From: Vicinamibacterales bacterium
GTDB lineage: Bacteria > Acidobacteriota > Vicinamibacteria > Vicinamibacterales > UBA8438
Direction: 5' to 3'
Assembly (NCBI GenBank): GCA_965215105.1
Contig: OZ244051.1
Location: forward strand, 5,186,896 to 5,250,895
Length of the DNA: 64,000 bases
Of the stretch, positions 1-8,864 are shown one piece after another; position 1 is the first letter of the stretch; the number at the start of each line of letters is the position of its first letter. A program made the position numbers and the translations under genes. A model generated the notes under the pieces. The model saw nothing but the letters and a program-made list of their open reading frames with translations. It was not told the origin of the DNA and did not search any database.

Positions 1-590
1 TGCACGCCGGACGGCCAGCTCCCGTCCGGCGAGACGAAGAACACGTCGCCGCGAACGCCGCCGCGCGCTTCGGTCCGGAGGACCCGGTCGGGAATCCGGT
101 CGGACGGGTCCGCCCCGAAGTCGAACCGGTGGAAGCCCCTGTCGATCCGGCTCCGGGGAAAGGCGAAGCTCAACGTATCGGGCCAGTCGGCGCGCTCGTC
201 GAGAAACCGGCGCACCCCGTCGATGTCGCGCCGGCCCTCGCGCTCGGTCGCGGGCGGCACCCCGATCCCGTCCGGCCGGACCAGCGCGATGGCCTCCCGG
301 CGGATGCTCAGGGGGTCGGATGCGGCGAGGCTGAGGGTGACGACCAGCCACGGCGAATCGTGATGGCGCTGGGAGTAGCGGTAGGCGGCGCTCGCCAGCA
401 GGACACCGTCGTCGTAGATCACGAGGTGGGGCTCCCCGAAGCGGGTGTCGGGGAAGCGGACGTTGGGGAAGTCGTCCTGGGTGAGGCGGAAGGGCTGCGC
501 CGCGGCCGCCGCGCCGCACGCCAGAGCGACGATCGCGATGGCGAGGAGCCTCCGGGCCGCGTGCGTGGTGACGAAATACCTTGTCGGCAC
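1..590 (-). CDS. hypothetical secreted protein, 3' end runs off the window
   Basis: Not in the ORF track (GTG start, open at window edge). GTG at 590-588 is preceded by GGAGG. N-terminus VPTRYFVTTHAARRLLAIAIVALACGAAAAAQ looks like a signal peptide. Strong third-position GC bias in this frame. Confidence 0.5.
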   Translation of the reverse strand, partial: MPTRYFVTTHAARRLLAIAIVALACGAAAAAQPFRLTQDDFPNVRFPDTRFGEPHLVIYDDGVLLASAAYRYSQRHHDSPWLVVTLSLAASDPLSIRREAIALVRPDGIGVPPATEREGRRDIDGVRRFLDERADWPDTLSFAFPRSRIDRGFHRFDFGADPSDRIPDRVLRTEARGGVRGDVFFVSPDGSWPSGV

Positions 591-815
591 GGCTGCCTCC
601 CGTCGGTTCCCGGACCCCCCCCCGCATGGTAACCGCAAGCGAAGCGGTCATCAACGTGCGGAAGGCGCCCCCCGCCGGCCGCCTCTGGACCGTCCTGCCA
701 CGACCCCGTATGATGGCCGACACGCACGGCGCGGGGCGCCGGCGCCACGCCGCACGCGCCGGGATCTCCGCGGGCGCCGCTGGTCCGGCTGCCGCGGGTC
801 GACGGGAGGTCGATC

Positions 816-2498
816 ATGAAGAAGACGACAGGACTGCTCGCGCTCCTCCTGGGGCTGGGGCCGGGTCCGGGCCTCGCCCAGACGGCTGAAGATCTGATCA
901 ACGACACGCAGACCCCGGACGACGTGCTCATCCACAGCATGGGGTACGACCGCAAGAGCTACAGCCCCCTCGACCAGATCGACAAGTCGAACATCCACCG
1001 GCTCGTGCCCATCTGGAGCACCAGCCTGATGAACCAGTCGGGCGAGCTCGCGGCGCCGGCCATCCACGACGGGGTCCTCTACGCCATCAACGGAAGCTGG
1101 ACCTTCGCCATCGACCTCGAGACGGGCCGGCAGATCTGGCGCACCCCGGTCGTCCTCGAGGAGGGGGCGCGACGGCGCAGCAGCTTCAACCGGGGCGGCC
1201 CGGTGATCTACGAGGGCCGGCTCTTCCGGGTCACCGTCGACAACCACGTCCTCGCCCTCGACATGGAGACCGGCGAGGAGCTGTGGAACGAGAAGTTCGC
1301 CGACGGGGCGGAGGGCTACTACGCGACCGGCGCCCCCATGATCGCCAACGGGGTCCTCATCTCGGGGATGTCCGGCGGCGAGTCGACCACCCGCGGCTTC
1401 CTCGACGGCTGGGACCCCGCCACCGGCGAGAAGTTGTGGCGCCGCTACACCATCCCCGGCCCCGGCGAGCCCGGCCACGAGACGTGGCCGGCCGACAGCG
1501 ACGCGTACCTGTACGGCGGGGCGCCCACCTGGCGCACCGGCTCGTACGACCCCGAGCTCGACCTCGTCTACTGGGGGACCGGCAACGCCGAGCCCTACGA
1601 CCCCGCGACCCGCGGCGGCCTCGACAGCCTCTACGCGTCGACGGTGCTCGCCATCCGCCCGAGGACGGGCGAGATCCACTGCCACTACCAGTACACGCCC
1701 AACGACGTGTACGACGTGGACGGCATCGACGAGCAGGTGCTGGCCGAGCTCGAGGTCGACGGCGAGATGCGCAAGGTGATGATCCAGGCCAACAAGAACG
1801 GATTCCTCTACACCGTCGACCGCACCGACTGCTCGCTCATCGCCGCCCACCCCTACGTCTTCGTCAACTGGGCCACCCACATCGACCTCGAGACGGGCCG
1901 GCCGGTGCTGACCGACCTCTACCGCGACTTCCTCGCCGGCGAGGAGGTCTACATCTGGCCGTCTCGCGGCACCAACGCCGTCCCCATCGCCTTCAACCCC
2001 GACACCGGCCTCATCTACTCGACGACGTGGCACGTGCCGCGCATCCAGCGGCTCCTCCCCGAGCCGCAGGAGTTCGTCCTCGGGGCCAGCTCGACCGGGG
2101 TGACCAACCGCTTCCCGGTCGTCGAGCCGGGGGACCTGCTCGGGCACATCGTGGCCATCGACCCGCTGACCGGCGAGAAGAAGTGGGAGATCCCGATGCA
2201 CGACTTCCCCAGCTCGGCCGGGGTGCTGGCCACCGGTGGGGGGCTGCTGTTCACCGGGAAGATCACCGGCGAGTTCGTCGCCCTCGACGAGGAGACCGGC
2301 GAGACCCTGTGGGAGTTCCAGACCGGGTCGAGCGTCAACGCGACCGCGGTCACCTATACGCTGAACGGCCGGCAGCAGATCACGGTGGCTTCGGGTCTCG
2401 GGGGCGGGCTCGCCAACCGCTACGCCCGCGGCCTCGTGCCCGCCGGCGGCTCGATGTGGACGTTCGCGCTGATGCCGAAAGAGGAGCCTGGGCGGTAG
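816..2498 (+). CDS. PQQ-dependent dehydrogenase, methanol/ethanol family (periplasmic quinoprotein)
   Basis: 560 aa ORF. Signal peptide MKKTTGLLALLLGLGPGPGLAQT. Aligns by eye along MxaF/ExaA-type propellers (YDPELDLVYWGTGNAEPYDP; YTPNDVYDVDGIDEQV vs MxaF TPHDEWDYAGVN; NKNGFLYTVDRTDCSLI). Confidence 0.9.
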   Translation: MKKTTGLLALLLGLGPGPGLAQTAEDLINDTQTPDDVLIHSMGYDRKSYSPLDQIDKSNIHRLVPIWSTSLMNQSGELAAPAIHDGVLYAINGSWTFAIDLETGRQIWRTPVVLEEGARRRSSFNRGGPVIYEGRLFRVTVDNHVLALDMETGEELWNEKFADGAEGYYATGAPMIANGVLISGMSGGESTTRGFLDGWDPATGEKLWRRYTIPGPGEPGHETWPADSDAYLYGGAPTWRTGSYDPELDLVYWGTGNAEPYDPATRGGLDSLYASTVLAIRPRTGEIHCHYQYTPNDVYDVDGIDEQVLAELEVDGEMRKVMIQANKNGFLYTVDRTDCSLIAAHPYVFVNWATHIDLETGRPVLTDLYRDFLAGEEVYIWPSRGTNAVPIAFNPDTGLIYSTTWHVPRIQRLLPEPQEFVLGASSTGVTNRFPVVEPGDLLGHIVAIDPLTGEKKWEIPMHDFPSSAGVLATGGGLLFTGKITGEFVALDEETGETLWEFQTGSSVNATAVTYTLNGRQQITVASGLGGGLANRYARGLVPAGGSMWTFALMPKEEPGR

Positions 2499-2532
2499 GA
2501 GCGCGGGCGAATCGCGGACGTGCGGCGTGCAA

Positions 2533-2616
2533 CCGCGCGTCTGCGCCGTAGCACGGTGCGGACTCCTGGCGGGATGGTCGGGGCGCCAAGCGGAGCCGCA
2601 GCGACGGTTGGCGGGC
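2533..2616 (+). repeat. degenerate copy of the 83-bp hairpin repeat family (see 56027-56441)
   Basis: gtctgcgccgtagcacggtgcggactcctggcgggatggtcggggcgccaagcggagccgcagcgacggttggcgggc aligns to the array consensus. gtgcaaccgcgcgtc occurs on both sides (2527-2541 and 2639-2653). Lies between convergent stop codons. Confidence 0.75.
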
Positions 2617-2676
2617 TCCAGTGCGAACTCCGCGAGGGGTGCAACCGCGCGTCGGCACGGCCGGAGCGGCCGAAGG

Positions 2677-4041
2677 TCAGGGGGCCTCGCCGCCGTCCCC
2701 GCGGAGGGGGTCGAGGGCCTCGATGACGTCCTCCCAGCTCCGGGTGTTGAGCCGGGCGGCGCCGGGCTCGTCGCCGCTCACCGCAAACACGTCGTCGCCG
2801 GTGCGGCCTACCGTGACGCTCTCCTGGTCGCCGGCGTCGAAGGTGACGGCGATCGTGGCGGCCGGCGCGTCGAGGCCGGTGTCCTCGCGGGTGGGCTGGA
2901 ACGACTCGGCGCGCAGGTTGGACAGCCTGGCGAGCAGGTCGTCCATGTCGGCGCGCTCGACGTCCCCGACGTCCGGCGCGGTGCGGCGCCAGGTGTCCGT
3001 CTCTTCCTCCCCGGCCGCCTCCTCGAGGGCGAACGTCCAGCGCTCGCCCTCGTGCTCGATCTCGAGGGCGGTGGCGTTGAAGGGGCGGAACGCGAACAGG
3101 TCCTTCCGCCGGTACTCGTCGACCCCCTGCTCGAGCTCGCCGGCCAGCGACTCGTCGATGGTGAACACCAGATCGCGCGCCCCGTCGCGGGCGTAGACGG
3201 TCCCCTCGGGGGCGGTGCCGCCGAGGAGCAGGGTCGCGGCCGAGCTGCCGAGGCCTACCGTCACCGTCAGCCGCGGGTCGTCGAGCCCGTACGGCCCCAG
3301 GGCCTCGGCGTCGGCCGACTCCGCCTCGATGGCGCTCATCCGGCCGTTGCTCAGCCGGCCCACGAGGCCGTCCGTCACCCCGAGGTCGGCCCGGGCCTCG
3401 ATGGGGCTCGCCAGAGACCACTCGCCGTCCGCCTTCCGCAGCCGGACCGCGACTTCCGGCCCGGAGATCTCCAACGAGTCCACCTCGTCGCGGATGATGT
3501 CGAGGATGGACTTGTCGCGGAGATCGAAGGTGGTCTGGTCGAACGTCGTGTCGAGGAAGCCGGAGATGAGGAAGACGCGGTTCGAGCCGGCGACGGTCGC
3601 GTAGAGGTCGTTGCCGGCGGGGCTGCGCCCGCCGACGAGGAGCCGCTCGCCGGTGCCGTCGGTGGTCGTGAAGCCGACCTCGATGGCGGGCTCGGCCAGC
3701 CCGAACGCTTCCAGGTCCGGCGCGTCTCCGGGCTCGGCGACGACGCGCTGCACCTCGAGGTTGGCGAGGCTCGACGACAGCGAGACGACCTCGGTGACGT
3801 CGACGTTGACGGGGAACGGCTCGACGATCCGCCACCGGTCGTCGTCCTTGTCGATGACGGTGCGGTCGCCGTTGCCGGCCGTCACCGACAGGGAGTCGAT
3901 GTCGTCCGAGTCGACGTCGAACACCGTTTCCAGCGCGTCCGCGGTGCCGGCGGGCGGGCGGCCCGATTCGACGAAGTAGATGTAGGCGCCCAGCGCGAGG
4001 GCCGCCACCAGCAGGACCAGCGTCGATCGCACTCCGCGCAT
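2677..4041 (-). CDS. DUF4340 domain protein (accessory protein of GldG-type ABC cassettes)
   Basis: 454 aa. Single N-terminal TM helix (VLLVAALALGAYIYFV) followed by a long periplasmic region. Sits directly downstream of a GldG-like gene, the usual DUF4340 context. Confidence 0.75.
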   Translation of the reverse strand: MRGVRSTLVLLVAALALGAYIYFVESGRPPAGTADALETVFDVDSDDIDSLSVTAGNGDRTVIDKDDDRWRIVEPFPVNVDVTEVVSLSSSLANLEVQRVVAEPGDAPDLEAFGLAEPAIEVGFTTTDGTGERLLVGGRSPAGNDLYATVAGSNRVFLISGFLDTTFDQTTFDLRDKSILDIIRDEVDSLEISGPEVAVRLRKADGEWSLASPIEARADLGVTDGLVGRLSNGRMSAIEAESADAEALGPYGLDDPRLTVTVGLGSSAATLLLGGTAPEGTVYARDGARDLVFTIDESLAGELEQGVDEYRRKDLFAFRPFNATALEIEHEGERWTFALEEAAGEEETDTWRRTAPDVGDVERADMDDLLARLSNLRAESFQPTREDTGLDAPAATIAVTFDAGDQESVTVGRTGDDVFAVSGDEPGAARLNTRSWEDVIEALDPLRGDGGEAP

Positions 4042-4063
4042 GTCGTTCAGCCCCGGCAGTCGC

Positions 4064-5710
4064 TCAGCGCCTGCTCATCCAGGTGTACACGCCGGCCCCC
4101 AGGATGGCGGCGGGCAGCAGCAGCACCGAGAGCCAGAACAGGCGGCGCTGCGCGCTCGCGGTGAGGGTCAGCCGGCGGTCCTCCGGCTCGCGGGCCCGGA
4201 TCGAGATGAGGTTCTCCTGCCGGGCCAGCCAGTTGACGGCGTTCAGGAACATGTCGCGGTTACCCTGAATGCCGACGACCGCGTTGCTGGCGAAGTCCGA
4301 GTCGCCGATCACGGCGAGGCGGGTCTCCGGCGGCGCCGGGTCGTCCCCGTTGTCGGTCGCGGGGCCGTCCTCCTGGCCGTCTTCTTCCTCGCCGGGGTCC
4401 CCGTCGTCCCCGGCCGCGCCGCCATCCCCGCCCGCGGGAGACGGCGCGGGGGCGGAGACGGCCATGCCGATCGTGACCGGGCCGGGGCGGTCGCCCCCTT
4501 CCTCGTCGAGCTCCACCTGCCCGGTGGCGAGGCTGTCGATGTCCGCCTCCCGCCAGCTCTGCGGTCCGGTCTCGATGAACGGCTGCGCCACGCGGCCGTC
4601 GGGGGCGCCGGACGCGGCCGACACCGACCGGGCCAGGGGGTAGGCGGTCAGCAGGTTGAACCGTTCGGTGATGGGATGGAACGGATAGCTCGCGGCCACC
4701 GGCACCGAGGCGTCGGCCCCGAAGAGCTGGCCCACGCCGCTCGCGTCGACCACGACGTCGGGGCCCGTCTCGATGCCCCACTCGCGCACGAGACCGAGCA
4801 GGTTCTCCGGGGCCGGCTCGTCCGCGGTCACGGGGGGGTCGAGCAGCAGGAGCAGCTTGCCGCCGCCGTCCAGGTACGCGCGCAGCGCGTCGACCTCTCC
4901 CGGCAGCAGGTCCGTCCGCGGCCCCGCCGCGACGACCACCGTGGCGTCGTCGGGCACCGCGCCCGCCTGGGCGAGGACCAGCGACTCGACCGCGAAGTTG
5001 TCGAGGGCGAGGGCGGCCGAGACGGTGCCGTAGCCGTCGCGATCGGTCCCGGCGTGGGTCTTCTCGCCGTGGCCTTCCAGGAAATAGGCGGTCCGCTCCG
5101 CCCCCTCCACGACCGTGATCAGGGCGTTGGTCAGGTCCTGCTCCGAGTCCGACTCCACCCGTTCCACCCGCCCCTCGTACTCGAACACGATGGTGCCGTA
5201 GGTCTGCACCTCGTACTGGCGGGCCAGCATCGGCTGCCGGTCCGCGTCGATGTAGTCGATGGTGACGCGGCTCGTCTGGTAGGCGTACTCGTCCAGCCGG
5301 TCCCGGTACCGGGGAAAGTCCGGCTCCCGCGCGAAGACGAGTATCCGCACCGGTCCGGCGAGGGTGTCGAGCACCCGCCGGGTCTGGTCGGACAGCGAGT
5401 ACTGCCCCCCCGCGGTGAGGTCCCAGCGCAGGTTCTGGCGGGCGAGCACGTAGTTCAGGCCGACGACGATGGCCGCCACCAGGAGGATGCTCGTGCCCGC
5501 GAGGGCGCCGTAGCGGGTCTGCCGCCGCTGGAACGACCGGCCGACCTCGCGCCAGTGCGCGGCGCCGTACAGGAGGATGCACGCGAGGCCGGCGAGGGCC
5601 AGCGTCCGGCGCAGGGCCTCCAGGTCGGGCGCGACCAGCCACGCGAGCACCGCCGCGAAGACGAGCAGGGAGCCTGCCCAGCCGAGGAAACCGAAGATTC
5701 TGTTCAGCAT
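4064..5710 (-). CDS. GldG-like ABC-transporter auxiliary protein (ABC-type uncharacterized transport system)
   Basis: Start moved to ATG at 5710 (MLNRIFGFLGWAGSLLVFAAVLAWL); the upstream part of the track ORF is Arg-rich shadow. N- and C-terminal TM helices and RWDLTAGGQYSLSDQT are typical of the GldG family. Confidence 0.8.
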   Translation of the reverse strand: MLNRIFGFLGWAGSLLVFAAVLAWLVAPDLEALRRTLALAGLACILLYGAAHWREVGRSFQRRQTRYGALAGTSILLVAAIVVGLNYVLARQNLRWDLTAGGQYSLSDQTRRVLDTLAGPVRILVFAREPDFPRYRDRLDEYAYQTSRVTIDYIDADRQPMLARQYEVQTYGTIVFEYEGRVERVESDSEQDLTNALITVVEGAERTAYFLEGHGEKTHAGTDRDGYGTVSAALALDNFAVESLVLAQAGAVPDDATVVVAAGPRTDLLPGEVDALRAYLDGGGKLLLLLDPPVTADEPAPENLLGLVREWGIETGPDVVVDASGVGQLFGADASVPVAASYPFHPITERFNLLTAYPLARSVSAASGAPDGRVAQPFIETGPQSWREADIDSLATGQVELDEEGGDRPGPVTIGMAVSAPAPSPAGGDGGAAGDDGDPGEEEDGQEDGPATDNGDDPAPPETRLAVIGDSDFASNAVVGIQGNRDMFLNAVNWLARQENLISIRAREPEDRRLTLTASAQRRLFWLSVLLLPAAILGAGVYTWMSRR

Positions 5711-5724
5711 GAGTGGGGGCGGCC

Positions 5725-6489
5725 TCAGCCGTTCCAGCGTTCCTGGTCCATCGACTTCGCGGTCAGGAACAGGCCGACCGCGATGAAGCTGAGGTAGTAC
5801 GTCACGTGTTTCGTGTCGATGACGCCCTTCGAGAAGTCGTCGAAGTGCTCGAGTATCGAGAGGTACGCGAGCACGGCCTGGGACGTGGTGCCCGAGGCGT
5901 CGCCGATCCAGTTGATGATCCAGAACAGCAGCAGCACCGCGAACGTGGCGACCCCCGCCACGATCTGGTTCTTCGTCGTGCTGGAGATGGCGAGGCCGAC
6001 GGAGATGAACGCGCCCCCCATCAGGAGCAGGCCGAGGTAGCCGCTGGCGACCGGCCCCCATTCCGGCTCGCCGTACCAGAACAGCAGCCCGACGTGCAGC
6101 AGCGTGAGGGCCAGCATCAGGCAGTACAGGGCCAGCGCCCCGAGGAACTTGCCCAGGATGATCTGGAGGTCGGTCAGCGGCGACGTCAGCAGCAGCTCCA
6201 TGGTCCCCGAGCGCTTCTCCTCGGCGAACGACCGCATGGTCAGCATCGGCAGCAGGAACAGCAGGATGACCGCGGTGTTGCCGAACAGCGGCCGGATCAT
6301 GAACTCGTTGATGTTGACGACCTGCGGCCCCATGCCGAACTGCCCCATGCTCAACTGGACCATCACGTTCACGCTGGCCACGTAGAACCAGCCGAACAGG
6401 AGGGCGAAGAACACCAGCAGCACGTAGGCGATGGGGGAGACGAAGTACGCCCGCAGCTCCTTCCCCGCCAGGGCCAGGATGTTACCCAT
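5725..6489 (-). CDS. ABC-2 type transporter permease (GldF-like)
   Basis: 254 aa polytopic membrane protein starting MGNILALAGKELRAYFVSPIAYVLL. Overlaps the ATPase gene by 8 nt. Confidence 0.85.
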   Translation of the reverse strand: MGNILALAGKELRAYFVSPIAYVLLVFFALLFGWFYVASVNVMVQLSMGQFGMGPQVVNINEFMIRPLFGNTAVILLFLLPMLTMRSFAEEKRSGTMELLLTSPLTDLQIILGKFLGALALYCLMLALTLLHVGLLFWYGEPEWGPVASGYLGLLLMGGAFISVGLAISSTTKNQIVAGVATFAVLLLFWIINWIGDASGTTSQAVLAYLSILEHFDDFSKGVIDTKHVTYYLSFIAVGLFLTAKSMDQERWNG

Positions 6490-7564
6490 TCGTTCGCTCC
6501 TCCGCCTCTATCGGTTCCGCGCCCTCGTCGGGCGCGCCGGCGTCGCGCCCGGCCTCGCCGTCGCCGGCCGCGCCCTCGCGCGGGCCGCCGGGGCCGCTCC
6601 CGTCCGGCTCGCCGCCCGCCTCCTCCTCCGTCGTCAGTTGCAGGAAGATGTCCTCCAGGCTCATCTGCTGGGCCCGCAGCTCAAGCAGGCCCCAGCCGTT
6701 CGTCACCACGGCGCGCGACACGTCGCGCCGGACGTCGCGCCCGGGGGCGATCTCGATCCGGAATCCCGATACGCCGTCGCGCCGGTCGGCCGCCGACACG
6801 CCGGCCACGCCGGGAACGTCCCGGAGGGCCGGCACGGGGTCGTCGCCGGCGCTGTCGACCTGCAGGTACAGGCTCTGCGAGCCCTGCAGCCGCGCCGTGA
6901 GGTTGTCGGGGCTGTCGACCGCCACCACCCGACCGCGGTTGATGATGACGACCCGCTGGCAGGTCTGGGACACCTCGGGCAGGATGTGGGTGCTGAGGAT
7001 GACGGTGTGGTCGCCGGCGAGCTCGGTGACGAGCCGCCGCGTCTCGATGATCTGCCTCGGGTCCAGCCCCGCCGTCGGCTCGTCGAGAATCAGCACGTCC
7101 GGCTCGTGGAGCAGGGCCTGGGCGAGGCCGACGCGCTGCCGGTACCCCTTGGACAAGGTCCCGCAGTAGCGGTCCGCCATGTCCGTGATGCTGGTGCGCT
7201 CCATGGCCGCGCCGACCCGCGCGGCCCGGTCGCCGGCCGCGATGCCGTTGATCCGGGCGACGAACTGCAGGTACTCGCCGACCGTCATCTCGGGATACAG
7301 GGGCGGCGTCTCCGGCAGGTACCCGGTCCGGCGCTTGGCCTCGATCGGCTGGTCGAAGATGTCGAAGCCCGCGATCCGGGCGCGCCCCTCGGTGGCGGGC
7401 AGATAGCCGGTCAGGATGCGCATGGTCGTGGTCTTGCCGGCGCCGTTCGGGCCGAGAAAGCCCAGGATTTCACCCGGCTCGACCTCGAAGCTCAGGTCGT
7501 CCACGGCCGTGAACGAGCCGTACCGCTTGGTCACGTGCTGTACTTCGACCACGATGCGCTCCAC
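6482..7564 (-). CDS. ABC transporter ATP-binding protein (GldA-like) with acidic Gly/Glu/Asp-rich C-terminal tail
   Basis: GTG start at 7564 (VERIVVEVQHVTKRYG). Walker A GPNGAGKTT, signature LSKGYRQR, Walker B LILDEPTAGLD. C-terminal tail TTEEEAGGEPDGSGPGGPREGAAGDGEAGRDAGAPDEGAEPIEAEE. Confidence 0.9.
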   Translation of the reverse strand: MERIVVEVQHVTKRYGSFTAVDDLSFEVEPGEILGFLGPNGAGKTTTMRILTGYLPATEGRARIAGFDIFDQPIEAKRRTGYLPETPPLYPEMTVGEYLQFVARINGIAAGDRAARVGAAMERTSITDMADRYCGTLSKGYRQRVGLAQALLHEPDVLILDEPTAGLDPRQIIETRRLVTELAGDHTVILSTHILPEVSQTCQRVVIINRGRVVAVDSPDNLTARLQGSQSLYLQVDSAGDDPVPALRDVPGVAGVSAADRRDGVSGFRIEIAPGRDVRRDVSRAVVTNGWGLLELRAQQMSLEDIFLQLTTEEEAGGEPDGSGPGGPREGAAGDGEAGRDAGAPDEGAEPIEAEERTNG

Positions 7565-7730
7565 TCCCTCGTCGAACCGCCCGGACGCCGCGCCGCGCCC
7601 GCACCACGCTGCCGAGCGGGGGCCGGCCGCACCGAGTGATGGTGAATTAGACGCAGAGCCCGGAAGAAAAGACGTTCTGCCGGCCCAGGATGCGCGCGTA
7701 TTGTAGTGTCCGCCTCCGCCTGTCCGCAAC

Positions 7731-7841
7731 CGGCCGGCCGTGCCCCCGGGGGTCGGGCGCCCTCCTCGTTCCGCCGGCGGGGCGTTCGGCCGGCCGTGCC
7801 CCCGGGGTCGGGCGCCCTCCTCATTCCGCCGGCGGGGCGTT
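7731..7841. repeat. 56/55-bp tandem duplication covering the 3' end of the REC-PilZ gene
   Basis: cggccggccgtgcccccgggggtcgggcgccctcctcgttccgccggcggggcgtt (7731-7786) is repeated at 7787-7841 with one G fewer. The copy inside the gene has stop tca (7821-7823); the distal copy has tcg. Confidence 0.9.
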
Positions 7842-8546
7842 CTCCAGGAGCTGGTCGACGTAGTCGTCGATGGCGGCCTGATCGGCGGGGTCGACGCGCT
7901 CGAACTGCAGGCCCATCCCGACGCGGGGATCGCTCCACGCCACCCGGCACTGCGCTTCGACGTCGAGGGCCGATCCGGGGAGGCGAAACCGGGTGTGCAC
8001 CTTGTCGGGGGGCCTCAACGGGTTCATGGTCCGTACCGCGAGCCCGCCGGCGCCGATGTTCAGGGTCACCGCGGTGGCCACGGTCTGGTTCACCCGGTAC
8101 GAGACGGGAATGGCGAGGACGACGCGGGGGCCGCTGCGGCGGTTGAAGTTGTCGGGAAACAGATGGGGGGCCAGCGAAGGCAGCACCTCCTGCGCGTCGC
8201 AGTGCTCGTTCACGTAGCCCGCGACGCCGAGCGGCGCGAGGGCGCGAACCTCGGCGGCGCTGTCCACCGACCCGCTGAAGACGACGATCGGGAGCCGGGC
8301 CGCGCGCGCCCGCACCCGCCGGAACAGGGCGGCCCCGTCGTCGCCGAGCCGCAGGTCGAGAAGGAGAAGGTCGATCGGCGCCTCCTCGCCGCCGAGGCGG
8401 TCCAGCAGCGCCGAGGCGCGGGTCGCCTCGAGCGTGCGGTGCGAGGCGTCGTGCAGGGGCCCGGCGAACCGATCGCGGATGCCGCCGTCGCCGGTGGCGA
8501 GGAGAACGGTGCGCGCGCCGGTCGTCGAAAGGGGCACGCCGGACAT
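7821..8546 (-). CDS. response-regulator receiver domain fused to a PilZ domain
   Basis: 241 aa. Receiver-like LLLLDLRLGDDG and IVVFSGS. C-terminal PilZ motifs RRSGPR (RxxxR) and NIGAGG (D/NxSxxG-like), then GMGLQFE. Confidence 0.8.
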   Translation of the reverse strand: MSGVPLSTTGARTVLLATGDGGIRDRFAGPLHDASHRTLEATRASALLDRLGGEEAPIDLLLLDLRLGDDGAALFRRVRARAARLPIVVFSGSVDSAAEVRALAPLGVAGYVNEHCDAQEVLPSLAPHLFPDNFNRRSGPRVVLAIPVSYRVNQTVATAVTLNIGAGGLAVRTMNPLRPPDKVHTRFRLPGSALDVEAQCRVAWSDPRVGMGLQFERVDPADQAAIDDYVDQLLENAPPAE

Positions 8547-8586
8547 CGTAGCACCGGCGTCCGCGGCGCGGTCTCCGTGATCCGGT

Positions 8587-8616
8587 TTGACAGATTTCTC
8601 GGTTCCTTTGTAAGCT
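8587..8616 (+). promoter_or_regulatory. candidate sigma70-type promoter upstream of pal
   Basis: TTGACA (8587-8592), 18-bp spacer, TAAGCT (8611-8616), in a locally AT-richer patch. Confidence 0.3.
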
Positions 8617-8864
8617 GTGCGCCTCTGGTGTCGTGTATCGGGCGCCGCGTGCCCGAGGAGGACAGTTTCCGCCTCGGGCGGGGCGTCGCGGGAGGCGCGG
8701 GATCAGGGGTGACGAGGGAGCATACCGGCCGGCCGGACCGCGGTTCGGGACCGCCGGGATGCCGCGCCGGGTGGAGAATGCCGAGGCTGCGGTTGTCGGG
8801 AGCTGCCAGTCCCCGGGATGCCTGTCCTGCGGTGCCGGGGCGCTGAGAACAGGAGACGCCACAT

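Noticed and set aside
4064-6061. N-terminal extensions of track ORFs (e.g. GldG 665 aa, ABC ATPase 415 aa, TolC 611 aa, MurJ 770 aa, rhomboid 287 aa, E1 877 aa).
   Set aside because: The upstream portions are Arg/Pro-rich and overlap neighbouring genes. Conserved family N-termini or signal peptides begin at internal ATG/GTG codons, which I used instead.
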